Source of the DNA: Alphaproteobacteria bacterium
Lineage (GTDB): Bacteria > Pseudomonadota > Alphaproteobacteria > CAAHEQ01 > UBA3637
Assembly: GCA_017962565.1 (NCBI GenBank)
Contig: JAGCVC010000001.1
Location: 9,754 to 73,753, forward strand
Direction of reading: 5' to 3'
DNA length: 64,000 nucleotides
Shown: positions 1-10,385 of the stretch, piece after piece
Numbering within the stretch: position 1 is the first letter of the stretch
Layout: each line of letters begins with the position of its first letter
The notes under the pieces: model-generated
The model's input: only the letters and a program-made list of their open reading frames with translations
Databases searched by the model: none
What the model was told of the DNA's origin: nothing
Position numbers and translations under genes: made by a program

Positions 1-79
1 TAAAGAAGTATTTTCTTTACTCGGATTATATTCAAGTGTTTGCACAATCGTTACCGGTGAATAATCTAACATAACCACA

Positions 80-110
80 AAAAAACTCCTCGCTTTTGCG
101 AGGAGTTTCT
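80..110 (-). terminator. Rho-independent terminator hairpin (actcctcgc-tttt-gcgaggagt) with T-run on minus strand, downstream of the 137..730 gene
   Basis: Perfect 9-bp inverted repeat with 4-nt loop; A-run on plus strand (= U-run for the minus-strand transcript) immediately follows the stop of ORF 137..730. Confidence 0.6.
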
Positions 111-136
111 TATTTCAAAATACTGTTACTTTCTTA

Positions 137-730
137 CTATTTCTTCCAACCGATTGCTTGGGATATAATGACACGTTGCCCGGTTGGCAAATTTAATACC
201 TTAGCCACTTCTTCATGGTCAAAATAACCGCGTACGATACTGGCCATATTGCTTGCCGCCACATACAATTCTACATTTTGATAGGCCGATCCTGCATGCA
301 TAACAGCATAGTCTTCCCCGGAACCCGTATAAACCAAAACAGTTGATACAGAATTCATGTAATCTTGCTTTTGGAACAAATCCAAATGGTTTTCATTTGA
401 CTGTTGTTTCAACGTATTTGCATCAGCATCGTACAACCAAATACCGTCTTTATTAAATACATATACATTTAAATCTTTTTTATTCATAGCAGTCGGGATT
501 GTACGTTTACCATCGGCTCTGTTTACCCCGTAAGCTGACCATAAAATCGTACTGAGCGTTTGATTATCGACTTCTTTATCGGAAAATTCATGCTGCGATT
601 GACGATCTTCCAAAGATTGAATTAAAGTTGTTTTATTTGATTTATCCGGTTCTGGCAATTGAATATCCGCAGCCATCACAGATACTGCAACAAATACCAT
701 TGCAGACGCTAAAATAATTTGTTTAAACAT
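137..730 (-). CDS. Secreted hypothetical protein (197 aa) with N-terminal signal peptide; weak resemblance to nitroreductase/SagB-type fold (LWSAYGVN-like motif)
   Basis: Complete ORF; signal peptide MFKQIILASAMVFVAVSVMAADIQ; RBS AAAGGGA upstream of ATG at 730; terminator downstream. Confidence 0.6.
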   Translation of the reverse strand: MFKQIILASAMVFVAVSVMAADIQLPEPDKSNKTTLIQSLEDRQSQHEFSDKEVDNQTLSTILWSAYGVNRADGKRTIPTAMNKKDLNVYVFNKDGIWLYDADANTLKQQSNENHLDLFQKQDYMNSVSTVLVYTGSGEDYAVMHAGSAYQNVELYVAASNMASIVRGYFDHEEVAKVLNLPTGQRVIISQAIGWKK

Positions 731-751
731 ATTATTATCCCTTTCGTTTAA

Positions 752-1621
752 CTATTCCAAAATTGTATCAGCATCTTCCCAAACATTATCCAAATGGATG
801 GAATGTTGTAAGATATATAATTCGCTTATCAAGAAATAATAAGGATTGACTTTTGTTGAAATTTCTTCCCGTTCTTGTTCTTCCACTGCCAAAAGAACAC
901 GCATATAAGCCTTATAACGTTGAACATTGATTGCCGTTTCACGCATACATGTCAAGCATTTTTCGTCTTTTATGTAACATGGGCATTTTTGTTTTCCGTA
1001 ACCGCTTTCATTTAAAGAAAACACGTCATAAACGACTTCATAAAAATTCCGGCCATCAACATTTTTTATTGAATAAATGTAAATTTCCTGTGTTATGCCA
1101 CCGGCTTGACGTCTTAAAGCGGCTTCCGCTTCCGGTAAAAATGCTTCATAAAGTTTTGGGGCATAAGCAAAAACTTTCCCGTTTTGTCCCCAACGGCGCG
1201 TCATTTCTGCCCGATTAGATGTTACCTGATAACGCTGAATCAAATAATCTTGAATTAAATTTTGATAAATCAAATCCATTTTATTTAAAACGCGCCAAGA
1301 TTTTTCAACCGGTTTAAGTTCTTTGTTGTAATAATCCAAATTATATAAGAAAGTATCTTGACTGTTTGGATTATCCACAACCGCTTCGACCAAAGACGCA
1401 TTTCGAATGTAAATAAAACACATAGCAAAATTGAGTGTAATACTGATTAAGGTTGCAACCACCCAAAAACGTGACGTTTTTAAATAACGGCGTTCGGGTA
1501 AAGCTTCTACATGGAAGTGCTCCGGATAAGCTTCCAAATGGTCATTAGAAGCTTCTTCGCGGTAGCTTAAAGATGAAAAGACTTTTCGAAAATGCATCAC
1601 TATCTCCCTTGCTGATGCCAT
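752..1621 (-). CDS. Hypothetical bitopic membrane protein (289 aa; single TM near residues 52-73, Cys cluster CPCYIKDEKCLTC)
   Basis: Complete ORF; start 10 nt downstream of the stop of the giant 1631..9211 gene (likely co-transcribed); hydrophobic segment FWVVATLISITLNFAMCFIYI. Confidence 0.55.
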   Translation of the reverse strand: MASAREIVMHFRKVFSSLSYREEASNDHLEAYPEHFHVEALPERRYLKTSRFWVVATLISITLNFAMCFIYIRNASLVEAVVDNPNSQDTFLYNLDYYNKELKPVEKSWRVLNKMDLIYQNLIQDYLIQRYQVTSNRAEMTRRWGQNGKVFAYAPKLYEAFLPEAEAALRRQAGGITQEIYIYSIKNVDGRNFYEVVYDVFSLNESGYGKQKCPCYIKDEKCLTCMRETAINVQRYKAYMRVLLAVEEQEREEISTKVNPYYFLISELYILQHSIHLDNVWEDADTILE

Positions 1622-1630
1622 TCAATTGTA

Positions 1631-4600
1631 TCAGAGGCAGTTACCAAATTCATCTTGTGCAGTAGTACATGTTATAGGAACACATTTACCTGTTCCATTG
1701 CCCCAAAGCCATTTTGTATTGCTTCCTGCAGGGCAACAATCACTATTATTTCGATCAGCATCAACATATATACCTGAGCTACTGCAACAATGCCCTTCAT
1801 ACAGATAGTCAGAATCATTAAGGCATCGAGTTGGAGTACAATGCCCATTCGAATAAGTTGCTCTTGTAACAGTGTAACCAACATCTTCTTTCGGACATAA
1901 CCTGCATGAATGATCAGATAGATTAATACCTAGTCTAGCACCCTGATAAGCATCACATTCCGAACATTCACATGTAACACCCGGATTTAAATAGTGATCA
2001 CATGCTTCCTTACCATTTATAAATGTTTCATCACAATCTACACATTTTCCGTTCTGCACGAAATATCCAGTACTACACCTTGTACAAGAACAAGTGCCAT
2101 TGTTATTTACTGCCTCAGCACAACGTTCCATTTCATCCGCATTTGAACAAGGAGTACACACACCTGCAGAAAGACCAAAGCCATCCTTGCAAATACATTT
2201 ATTTTTAACAGTACTCCATTCCTCATTTGGTCCACAACATGACTGCTCATACCATTCACCGTTTTCACTATAATAATACCAGCCATTGTTATCACAGCAG
2301 TGTCCATTTAATAAAGTGTTGCCGGGGTCACATTTTTTACATTCACAAACACCGTCTACATCAGTTTCATATTCCGCACATGTAGTTTCATATGGTGAAC
2401 AAAACTTACATGTATTTGTTGTTGTGTCAATGGCATAATGATATTCATCACTACATGATTTGCAAACACATTTATTCAGCGTTGTATTATATTCATAGAA
2501 ATCGCAATAATCAACAAGATCATCATTGTTACACAACTGACAAGTACCCGTATTTTGAAGGTCAGGATCAGTAATAAGACCATAGGTATCATCCTCCCCC
2601 CATCTACGACACAAACTACACTCACAACTGATTCCCGGTTCCGTATAATAACCATCACCTTCAGGATCACATCCTTCAGGACATTCTACGCAAGTATGTT
2701 CTGCCGTCAATCCATATCCCCATGAACACTTTGTACAAACAGAAGCATTTGTGCACTGTGAACAATTTTCGGAACATTTTTGACAAACTCCATTTGCATC
2801 TTGGTAATATCCGGATGCACAAGGGAATGCGCATACACAACTCAACCCCGGTCTCAAATACGTCTCACATCCATAACTCGGACATGATACACATTTTCCA
2901 TTAACTAACTCATATCCTTTATCACACCTTAAACATTCGCAAGACAAGCCGGAATTAGCAAAAAGATCACAATGATGGGTATTATAATAATCACTTGCAC
3001 ATGGCTCACAATTATAAATATCAGCAACACCATTAGCATTCAAAGGAGGATAGTACCCTTTAGAACACCGTGCACAAGAACAATCAAATCCCGGATTTAT
3101 GTAATCAGAACATTTTATATTGCATGCTGTACAACGATTATTAACCAATTGATAGCCTTCGTCACAAGCAGCGCAAGTACAATCTATACCCGGATTCAAG
3201 AAACGACCATCACAAAAATAAAGTTCTCGTCCTTGAGCATTATCACATGCTTCACAAGAATAGTTTCCATCGCTATCTATTGTCCTATAATATCCTGGAT
3301 CACATTTTCCGCACTGTTTTGTTTCATCAACAAGACTTATACTGTCAACACAGTCTAAACAATGATCTGTATGTGTATCAAAACAGTACTCTGCCTCATT
3401 ATTAGCTGAAACATGACGACAATAACCTTTGGCGCATCCATCCCAAGAAATACAGTCACAAGTTAACCCCGGATCACCATAAACGGCACAGTCATTTGTT
3501 ATGTTTGTCGGACATTTAACACATTGATTCTCAACTAACTTGTATGTTTCATTGCACTTAGAACAAATACACCTCGACTGTGTACTATCATAAGAATAGG
3601 TATCGCAGCTTTCTACCAAATCTGAGGATTTGCATTCTACACATTGCTGATGATCAGAAGTCAAACCATAATAGGTTCCATCATCAGAATCACAATACAG
3701 ACAATCACCTGTTGTATCTGTTCTACCACACATACGAACCGATGACTCGCCTTGGCCCCAGAATCCTAAGAGGCACAAAGGATATTTTTCTTCAGTAGGA
3801 TAATCATACGCAAAATACTGCGTAGAGTAACCCCAGTCACTACAGTCACCGCACTCTATAGCGAAACAGCCTGTCAAACCACTATATCCTCTGTTAACGT
3901 TAAAATAAACCATTTTATATGGCATGTAGACGAGAGTAGTAGTTTCGCAAGTGTGCTCATCATTCTGTGTCCAATATTCCATTCTAAGAGGATAGGCTTC
4001 CCTGAATTGAGATGTAAGAGCTTTCAAATTATGGAAATAGAAGTGTACCATACTCGTATCTATATTATGTTGAGCACCATAATACTCACACCAACTGTGT
4101 GCACTCCACTGATTCAACCTCTTAGTATCATCAAATTCTTCGCCCGGTACCAAATACACACGACCGCTATCACCTGATAATACTGCCCGATCCATCGGAT
4201 AATCGGCATACGGTACACAACGACCTTCCCCAGCACCCCATGTCCAGTAAGCTTGTGAACAACTATGTGCATTTAATTCCACACCATTCAAAGGATTGCT
4301 GACATATTCTTCATATCCTAAGGCATGTAATTTTTCAATAATGATGTCAATATTTGCCTTAAGTTCAGTACACTGACGATCTTGTGTTGGAGCCGGAAAC
4401 GGATTATCAAACAAACAGAAGTATCCATCCGGACATCCCGTAAAATCACCAACAGCATCATCTTCTCCATATTCAGGATCTCTTCTACTACCCGCCGGAT
4501 GAGGATAACATTTCATTGTTACTATCGGCTCTCCTTTACATACACCTTCATCATTAAGTGTTTTACCTTCCGGACAACCCAAGTCACAAAGGGCATAATG

Positions 4601-7600
4601 TCCATTGCCTTCATTTCGATCTAAACCGGCAACATTATTAGTTTCGTAAGAATCAGCAACATGCGCAACACAATTATTTCCATAATCTTGCAACCAGAAT
4701 TTAAGATTACTACCTGTACTTGCAGCACTTCTCAAATTTGCATATCCGGTTGATGTACATGCCGTATCCGGATAACATGCTATGCTGTTTGTTGTTGCTG
4801 ATGGTGTCGGGCGACTTACTGTACTTTGTGATACACACCAACTTTGTGCACTCCACCAATTCATCGGTTTGCTACGCAACCACTTATGTCCATCAGCTGT
4901 TGTCACCTCGGAATTATCCGGTGCATAATCAGAGACAGGCAAACACTTACCAATTCCAGATTCTGCACAAGAGGTAGCATCTCCAAAATAACAGAACCCG
5001 CCTTCTGGACATCCGCCATTCTCCACGCCTTTTTTCGTCCAACTTCTACACAAAAGTTCTGCTTTACACAAAGCACGGATATTCTCCGGCCTTGGTGCAC
5101 CAATGCCCTTTAAGTCATCTTCAGAATAATAAGTCAAACTTACATTGCCATTTGCATCTTTGCCACCAACCACTACGGCATGAATGCAATTACATTCCGT
5201 TTGAGTACCTGCACAAGTGCCCCGACTACAACCATTAGATGTAGAATGGGATACATGACTGCCACCGTTTATCCAGAATGATCCACCGGTAATCTTTCCT
5301 GTCTTTACAAGGCTGACTAATTCATCATCAGTTGCAAGGTTATACCCATGTTCTGCATCATTACGTTCCATTTGTCCTATTGCCCAACAATAACTCTTGG
5401 CGGTTGCAGCACTTACTGAACCGAAAGTATTATAAACAAAACGATCAAATGCACTATCATTCAATAAAACACTTTGTTTACCCCAGAATGCTACCGGATT
5501 ACAAGCACCAATATTAGGTACTTCAGTATCGCCAGTAGTGGATTTTCTTATAGTATATGCTCCGGGTCCATCTCCAGATGAATCCGCACGACAAACAGCA
5601 GATCGCGAATAAGTACAGAAAGTACTTCCGGGGCCGATATTAGTAACATCACACACACCCCAATTAGAACATCCCCAAGGAACGCCTGTTTCCAAATCTG
5701 GTACGCATCTGTTACAACCGTCATTTTCTACAAGATGGTAACCCGTTTCACATGCTGCACATGCATGGTTTGAACCACTTATTGCGGTACAATGAGGCAT
5801 TAAACAATAACCACTTATTTTACAGGACTCTTCACAATTGCTTATACAATCCGTTGAATTACACAAGTGATCAAGGCATACACCATTCGCACAAGGCGGA
5901 TTTGGACAAGGTGGCGGTGAAGGACATGTACATATCCCATTGACATCAGGACATCTTTCCGGACATGGACATTTAGTATCCGGATCAGGGTACTCAGCAT
6001 CTTTGTCACGAAGAGAAGCCTCTAGTGGATCGGTTGGCATTACACACTTATATTTTGTACATGGACAATCTATATTTGCCTCTGGGTAGTACTTACTTGT
6101 ATCTTCTTCTGTACAAATATTACCATCGGAAAGTTCATGTGGCAAAGTATGTTGTACACATGGTGTCTTACATACCCATTCGCCGTCTTCATAAAAATCT
6201 TTCCAACCATCTCCACAAGGACATCTTAGCTTTTCATCAGTCGTTGCATTACCTGTAAAAGTCGTACGACATACATCATCGACAGGATCAACAGGAACTT
6301 CTTTACGATGCGCTTCATTTGTCGGCTTTATACATGAACATCCTTCACATTTACAATATACAACAACCTTCGAATATGATTGATAAATCCATTTTGGCAA
6401 TCGAATTCTACCTTCTGCCGTACAATCTGTTTCATCCTCAACACATATACGTTCACACGTTTTATTATCACTGCTCTTGCTCCAACCTGTATACTTTACT
6501 CCGTCTATTGTCAAACCAGAGACAGATAAATCTTTTCCAGTCATACACGGACATGATTGATTTGGCGTATCATATTCCTGTCCTTCATTGTATTCTGTAC
6601 AACATGGATTATAATCGGATGAATCAATCGTTGGCTTTTTACAAGGATAAGAATACTCAATGCATGGGCAATAATCATCATCCGCATTTGTTAAGGAATA
6701 ATTATTATATGCGACGCACCCTTCTATCTTATGGGCTTCGTCACGTTCTCTACAATAGCATCTATGTACGCTTTCAGGAGCAGGCCCCACTCGATCCGGA
6801 TACTCTGCCGGACAAAGACAGCTAACCCCTTTCGACCACGTCGTCGGACATGTTCCATTTGATAAAAGACCGCCCGACAAAAGCGTACCTGTAATCCGGT
6901 GTGGATCTTCATGCGGGTCATACCCATCAGGTGTTACACAATAACAACAATCAGCACAACACGGACAAGGTCCTGCGTTTGTTGAACAAGAATCATACGC
7001 AGAACACCCTTCTATTGCGTTTGCACTTGTTCTTGTCTGACAATAACATTTTTTTGTACTATCATTTCCACAAGTTCTTTCTTCATAATTACTTGTATCA
7101 CAATAGCATTTCGTAGTCTCATTATACGTAGATGCGCATACCTGATGATAATTTGCATCTAACGCCCTTATAAGACGACGTGCAGCATCTTCTGTATCAG
7201 TCGGCATCACACAATTACAGTTACATGGACAGAACGGCACAACACCGTTTGTCACTTGTGATGCAGCATAAACTGTCGACGTATTTTCTGATCCGTTACA
7301 CAAAGGATCCGTATTACCCGGCGTACAACAATAATCTTTACATGTACAAGAAACTACGCTACTTGGATGTTCACTGTGCACCCATTTTTCATTTTCATTA
7401 TATGAATGACAATTGTTACCAACTCCTGTGCCTGTACAACTGCTGTTAGGTATTCCTGGAACGCAACTACGTACGCACTGATTACCGCTAATGCTCCAAC
7501 CACCATAGTTTACTCCATCGATGACCAAACCGGTATCTCTTAAATCAAGGCTGTTATCATTTACATCTGTACATGGACAAGGTTGATTTGGTGTAGAATA

Positions 7601-9211
7601 CGTCCGTGTTTCATCATACCCGAGACAACATGGATTACCCGTAGGCACTTTACATTTGTATTCTATACACTTGCAATCTCCCTCATGTGTTGCGTATGAA
7701 CTCGTTCCATCCCCGTCTTCATATTTAACGCAATCGTCAATTTTTTTGAACTTACAATAACATCCTGAACGACCATTATCATTCGGATTTGTTCTTTCTT
7801 CACGATTTCCTCTACATGGGCATATAAATTCCGGAGCACAAACAGCACCACTCAAACTACCTGTCTCATTTGTTTCCGGATTAACACGATTGTTCGGATT
7901 AACACCTTCTACATTACATATTGTATAACAATGCCCATCACTTTTCTTTCTATAACCCTCTTTACATGTTGATTCACAAACAAGACATTCTTGATCTGTT
8001 GAAAATGCCTCGGTAGCATAATCAGCACAGGTGTCAGCATCATCCGGCACGTAACACATAAGTTTTGTACACGGACATCCACCACCTTTTTCTGTTGCAG
8101 GAGTTGCTTCATTCCATTCTTTACACTGGCAAGGCGGCCAATCTTGATTTCCGCTGTGACAGAACCAACCGGTACAAGCACAACACTCTGATGTTCCTTC
8201 AAATTCATCGTTATATTCTACACATTCTTCATCTCTTGGACATTTTTTGCTACCAGGATAAGGATTTATACAAATTCTGATTTTTATACAAAGCCCCGTA
8301 GGCTCGTCCAATTCAAATCCTTCCTCGCATTCTTTACAAGGACATTCATCTGACTGTTCAGCATAATTATAATCGACACAATGCGCAATCTTCACAGGAT
8401 CACAAGCAAATTCAACCGAATCTTCACCAAAACAAGCACACGTTTCCGGATTTATTCCACCTTCTTCCTCACAGTCATCCGGAACGCACTTTCCACCACA
8501 ACTGACAGTTCCGAGCGGACAACACCTTTCTGGTCTATCAACTCCATCACCTAATTCGTTTCTAAGATCATTTAAGCAAAGAGCTCTTCCTTCACTAAGT
8601 CCCTCACAACAACAACCATTACACAACTCAGCAGCAGTACATCCTTCTGCACAGGAAGGATTACCGCTGAAATAGAAACGAACAGTCACAGTTGTTTCTC
8701 TCTCTTCTATTGGCTCATCTTCTATTATTTTCGGTTGGCAAATGTCTTTTGGTTTTGTTTCATCTTTTTTAAAATCTCTTACTTCACCTTTTGTAATAAT
8801 CGCCATTTTATGTTTATCTTGTGCTTTTGGCAACAAAACCGAACAATCATCCGGCAATACTGTCGGCACATCAATATAGAATGATTCCCCTGAATCTTTG
8901 ACTGCTGCCAACGCGTATATACTGTTCCCTCTGAAATCCGTTTCAGCGATTACTGCGCCTTCTTCAATTTCCCCTTTAGGGATATCTTCCAAACGTTCAT
9001 ATATCGTAAGAGCCAAACGTTCCACATCATCGGCGATCTGATTAGCATGGTGGTGATTGATTGATATATGATACAAAGATATACCTGCTATACTCAATAT
9101 GCCCACAATAGCCAGAACGCCCAGCATTTCCAACATAGAACGTCCTTTCTGAATAGCAAATTTCACGGTTGTTTTCTTTTGTTTTTTGAAGAAATTCAGA
9201 GGATTTAACAT
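1631..9211 (-). CDS. Giant (2526 aa) cysteine-rich modular surface protein with N-terminal prepilin-type (class III) signal/pilin-like helix; dozens of EGF/furin-like Cys-rich repeats (CxxC...GY.LVN..C..C), NxT/S sites
   Basis: Uninterrupted 7.58-kb ORF; strong RBS AAGGGAG 9 nt upstream of ATG at 9211; N-terminus KG|RSMLEMLGVLAIVGILSIAGISLY (G, E at +5, ~20 hydrophobic residues) matches type IV pilin/pseudopilin leader; extreme Cys content with periodic spacing. Confidence 0.8.
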   Translation of the reverse strand: MLNPLNFFKKQKKTTVKFAIQKGRSMLEMLGVLAIVGILSIAGISLYHISINHHHANQIADDVERLALTIYERLEDIPKGEIEEGAVIAETDFRGNSIYALAAVKDSGESFYIDVPTVLPDDCSVLLPKAQDKHKMAIITKGEVRDFKKDETKPKDICQPKIIEDEPIEERETTVTVRFYFSGNPSCAEGCTAAELCNGCCCEGLSEGRALCLNDLRNELGDGVDRPERCCPLGTVSCGGKCVPDDCEEEGGINPETCACFGEDSVEFACDPVKIAHCVDYNYAEQSDECPCKECEEGFELDEPTGLCIKIRICINPYPGSKKCPRDEECVEYNDEFEGTSECCACTGWFCHSGNQDWPPCQCKEWNEATPATEKGGGCPCTKLMCYVPDDADTCADYATEAFSTDQECLVCESTCKEGYRKKSDGHCYTICNVEGVNPNNRVNPETNETGSLSGAVCAPEFICPCRGNREERTNPNDNGRSGCYCKFKKIDDCVKYEDGDGTSSYATHEGDCKCIEYKCKVPTGNPCCLGYDETRTYSTPNQPCPCTDVNDNSLDLRDTGLVIDGVNYGGWSISGNQCVRSCVPGIPNSSCTGTGVGNNCHSYNENEKWVHSEHPSSVVSCTCKDYCCTPGNTDPLCNGSENTSTVYAASQVTNGVVPFCPCNCNCVMPTDTEDAARRLIRALDANYHQVCASTYNETTKCYCDTSNYEERTCGNDSTKKCYCQTRTSANAIEGCSAYDSCSTNAGPCPCCADCCYCVTPDGYDPHEDPHRITGTLLSGGLLSNGTCPTTWSKGVSCLCPAEYPDRVGPAPESVHRCYCRERDEAHKIEGCVAYNNYSLTNADDDYCPCIEYSYPCKKPTIDSSDYNPCCTEYNEGQEYDTPNQSCPCMTGKDLSVSGLTIDGVKYTGWSKSSDNKTCERICVEDETDCTAEGRIRLPKWIYQSYSKVVVYCKCEGCSCIKPTNEAHRKEVPVDPVDDVCRTTFTGNATTDEKLRCPCGDGWKDFYEDGEWVCKTPCVQHTLPHELSDGNICTEEDTSKYYPEANIDCPCTKYKCVMPTDPLEASLRDKDAEYPDPDTKCPCPERCPDVNGICTCPSPPPCPNPPCANGVCLDHLCNSTDCISNCEESCKISGYCLMPHCTAISGSNHACAACETGYHLVENDGCNRCVPDLETGVPWGCSNWGVCDVTNIGPGSTFCTYSRSAVCRADSSGDGPGAYTIRKSTTGDTEVPNIGACNPVAFWGKQSVLLNDSAFDRFVYNTFGSVSAATAKSYCWAIGQMERNDAEHGYNLATDDELVSLVKTGKITGGSFWINGGSHVSHSTSNGCSRGTCAGTQTECNCIHAVVVGGKDANGNVSLTYYSEDDLKGIGAPRPENIRALCKAELLCRSWTKKGVENGGCPEGGFCYFGDATSCAESGIGKCLPVSDYAPDNSEVTTADGHKWLRSKPMNWWSAQSWCVSQSTVSRPTPSATTNSIACYPDTACTSTGYANLRSAASTGSNLKFWLQDYGNNCVAHVADSYETNNVAGLDRNEGNGHYALCDLGCPEGKTLNDEGVCKGEPIVTMKCYPHPAGSRRDPEYGEDDAVGDFTGCPDGYFCLFDNPFPAPTQDRQCTELKANIDIIIEKLHALGYEEYVSNPLNGVELNAHSCSQAYWTWGAGEGRCVPYADYPMDRAVLSGDSGRVYLVPGEEFDDTKRLNQWSAHSWCEYYGAQHNIDTSMVHFYFHNLKALTSQFREAYPLRMEYWTQNDEHTCETTTLVYMPYKMVYFNVNRGYSGLTGCFAIECGDCSDWGYSTQYFAYDYPTEEKYPLCLLGFWGQGESSVRMCGRTDTTGDCLYCDSDDGTYYGLTSDHQQCVECKSSDLVESCDTYSYDSTQSRCICSKCNETYKLVENQCVKCPTNITNDCAVYGDPGLTCDCISWDGCAKGYCRHVSANNEAEYCFDTHTDHCLDCVDSISLVDETKQCGKCDPGYYRTIDSDGNYSCEACDNAQGRELYFCDGRFLNPGIDCTCAACDEGYQLVNNRCTACNIKCSDYINPGFDCSCARCSKGYYPPLNANGVADIYNCEPCASDYYNTHHCDLFANSGLSCECLRCDKGYELVNGKCVSCPSYGCETYLRPGLSCVCAFPCASGYYQDANGVCQKCSENCSQCTNASVCTKCSWGYGLTAEHTCVECPEGCDPEGDGYYTEPGISCECSLCRRWGEDDTYGLITDPDLQNTGTCQLCNNDDLVDYCDFYEYNTTLNKCVCKSCSDEYHYAIDTTTNTCKFCSPYETTCAEYETDVDGVCECKKCDPGNTLLNGHCCDNNGWYYYSENGEWYEQSCCGPNEEWSTVKNKCICKDGFGLSAGVCTPCSNADEMERCAEAVNNNGTCSCTRCSTGYFVQNGKCVDCDETFINGKEACDHYLNPGVTCECSECDAYQGARLGINLSDHSCRLCPKEDVGYTVTRATYSNGHCTPTRCLNDSDYLYEGHCCSSSGIYVDADRNNSDCCPAGSNTKWLWGNGTGKCVPITCTTAQDEFGNCL

Positions 9212-9311
9212 TATTGTGGCTCCCTTTTTAAATTAGTTTTTTTTAGTCTACTCCCTTTCATTACTCTTTGCAAGCATAAATTTTCAATATTTTCTATTTT
9301 TTTCTTTTTCG

Positions 9312-9340
9312 TTGACTTTCAAACAAATATGCGGTACATT
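9312..9340 (+). promoter_or_regulatory. Candidate sigma70 promoter (TTGACT-17 nt-TACATT) upstream of small ORF 9381 and phosphatase gene
   Basis: -35 TTGACT at 9312-9317, 17-nt spacer, -10 TACATT at 9335-9340, about 40 nt upstream of ATG 9381. Confidence 0.35.
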
Positions 9341-9380
9341 TCAAGCAGTTGCGTGAATAATTAAAAAGGATTTTAATACG

Positions 9381-9563
9381 ATGTCAAGAGATGATACCTT
9401 CAAGGAAAATCAAACGGTGGAAAACACTTCATGTAGTGAAGAAGAACGGGCGGAAATTCAAGAAGGTTTGACCATTTTAAACTCTGACGCGCCAAAAGAA
9501 GTTAAAACTCAACAATTAAAGAAACTATTTGAAAAACGCAAGAAGCGCGAAAGAGGATATTAG
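9381..9563 (+). CDS. Small hypothetical acidic/basic protein (60 aa), possibly co-transcribed with downstream phosphatase
   Basis: ORF only; stop overlaps region of RBS for next gene; no homolog recognised. Confidence 0.3.
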   Translation: MSRDDTFKENQTVENTSCSEEERAEIQEGLTILNSDAPKEVKTQQLKKLFEKRKKRERGY

Positions 9564-9564
9564 A

Positions 9565-10374
9565 ATGCAAATAACATTACTAAGACACGGAAAATACGAA
9601 CAATCAGTCGGACATCTGACCGATGAAGGAATAAACGATACAGTTACGGCAGGGCTTTCTTTGGGAAATGCCGTTGTAAAAAAGTTGCCAGACATTGTGT
9701 ATTGCGGCGCAGAATATCACAGTGATATTTTAATCCCAATAAATTTTTTGCCTAAGGAATATCAGGAGCCAATTCAAGCACCTGATTTGATTTTGACATC
9801 CCCATCACTTCGTACAAAAGAAACGGGATTTGCCTTTGCGGAACAGTTGAAGAATACCGGTATACTAACAGAAACCCGAAACGACATTGCTTATTTGAAC
9901 GATTTGGATTTAATTTCAAATGATTACAAACTTAATCACCATGACTATATAGATGAAGAAACTGCTAAAAAGATGACTTCCCTTCCCCCTATTCAAAAAA
10001 CAGTTGATTTAATCAAACGTTTAGAAAAAGAAGGCAAAAAGCACGTTGTAATTGTTTCTCATCAACCGAATATTCATGTATTATTGAATTTATTATCAAA
10101 AGAACCCGGAATTGCCTTAAAAGCGCCTGAAAATAGTGTTATTTATACAGTTTTATCTGTTAATGCGGAAAATATAGGTAAAGAAAAGTACCCAACGCAA
10201 ATGAGATGGATAAAATCTTTTGATTTAAAGAGAGCATATTCTCTGGCTTTTTCCGTAGCCGGAATTTACGTTCCATCAGCAGAAGATATTAAATGGAAAA
10301 TGCCGGATTACATGTATATGGATATTCTGGCCAATAAGAAAAATGAACGCAACAATGGCAAAAGCCGAGTATAA
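9565..10374 (+). CDS. Histidine phosphatase superfamily protein (phosphoglycerate mutase-like; RHG motif)
   Basis: N-terminus MQITLLRHGKYEQS... contains catalytic RHG signature; RBS AGAGGA 8 nt upstream of ATG at 9565 (ORF track start 9529 is probably too long). Confidence 0.65.
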   Translation: MQITLLRHGKYEQSVGHLTDEGINDTVTAGLSLGNAVVKKLPDIVYCGAEYHSDILIPINFLPKEYQEPIQAPDLILTSPSLRTKETGFAFAEQLKNTGILTETRNDIAYLNDLDLISNDYKLNHHDYIDEETAKKMTSLPPIQKTVDLIKRLEKEGKKHVVIVSHQPNIHVLLNLLSKEPGIALKAPENSVIYTVLSVNAENIGKEKYPTQMRWIKSFDLKRAYSLAFSVAGIYVPSAEDIKWKMPDYMYMDILANKKNERNNGKSRV

Positions 10375-10385
10375 AATTAAAAAAA

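Noticed and set aside
752-1621. Possibility that the 289-aa bitopic protein is a second VirB8/DotI-like T4SS component
   Set aside because: Topology (cytoplasmic N, one TM, periplasmic C) fits, but it lacks the NP[LI]GF motif seen in the genuine VirB8 at 62383..63144 and lies 50 kb from the virB operon; left as hypothetical.
1672-8280. Many 60-170-aa plus-strand ORFs (for example 2972..3358, 6319..6825) inside the giant minus-strand gene
   Set aside because: The extreme codon bias of the Cys-rich gene (plus strand rich in aca/gca/cat) leaves long stop-free antisense frames; their products are low-complexity His/Thr/Tyr-rich, with no RBS, all nested in a 7.6-kb continuous ORF.
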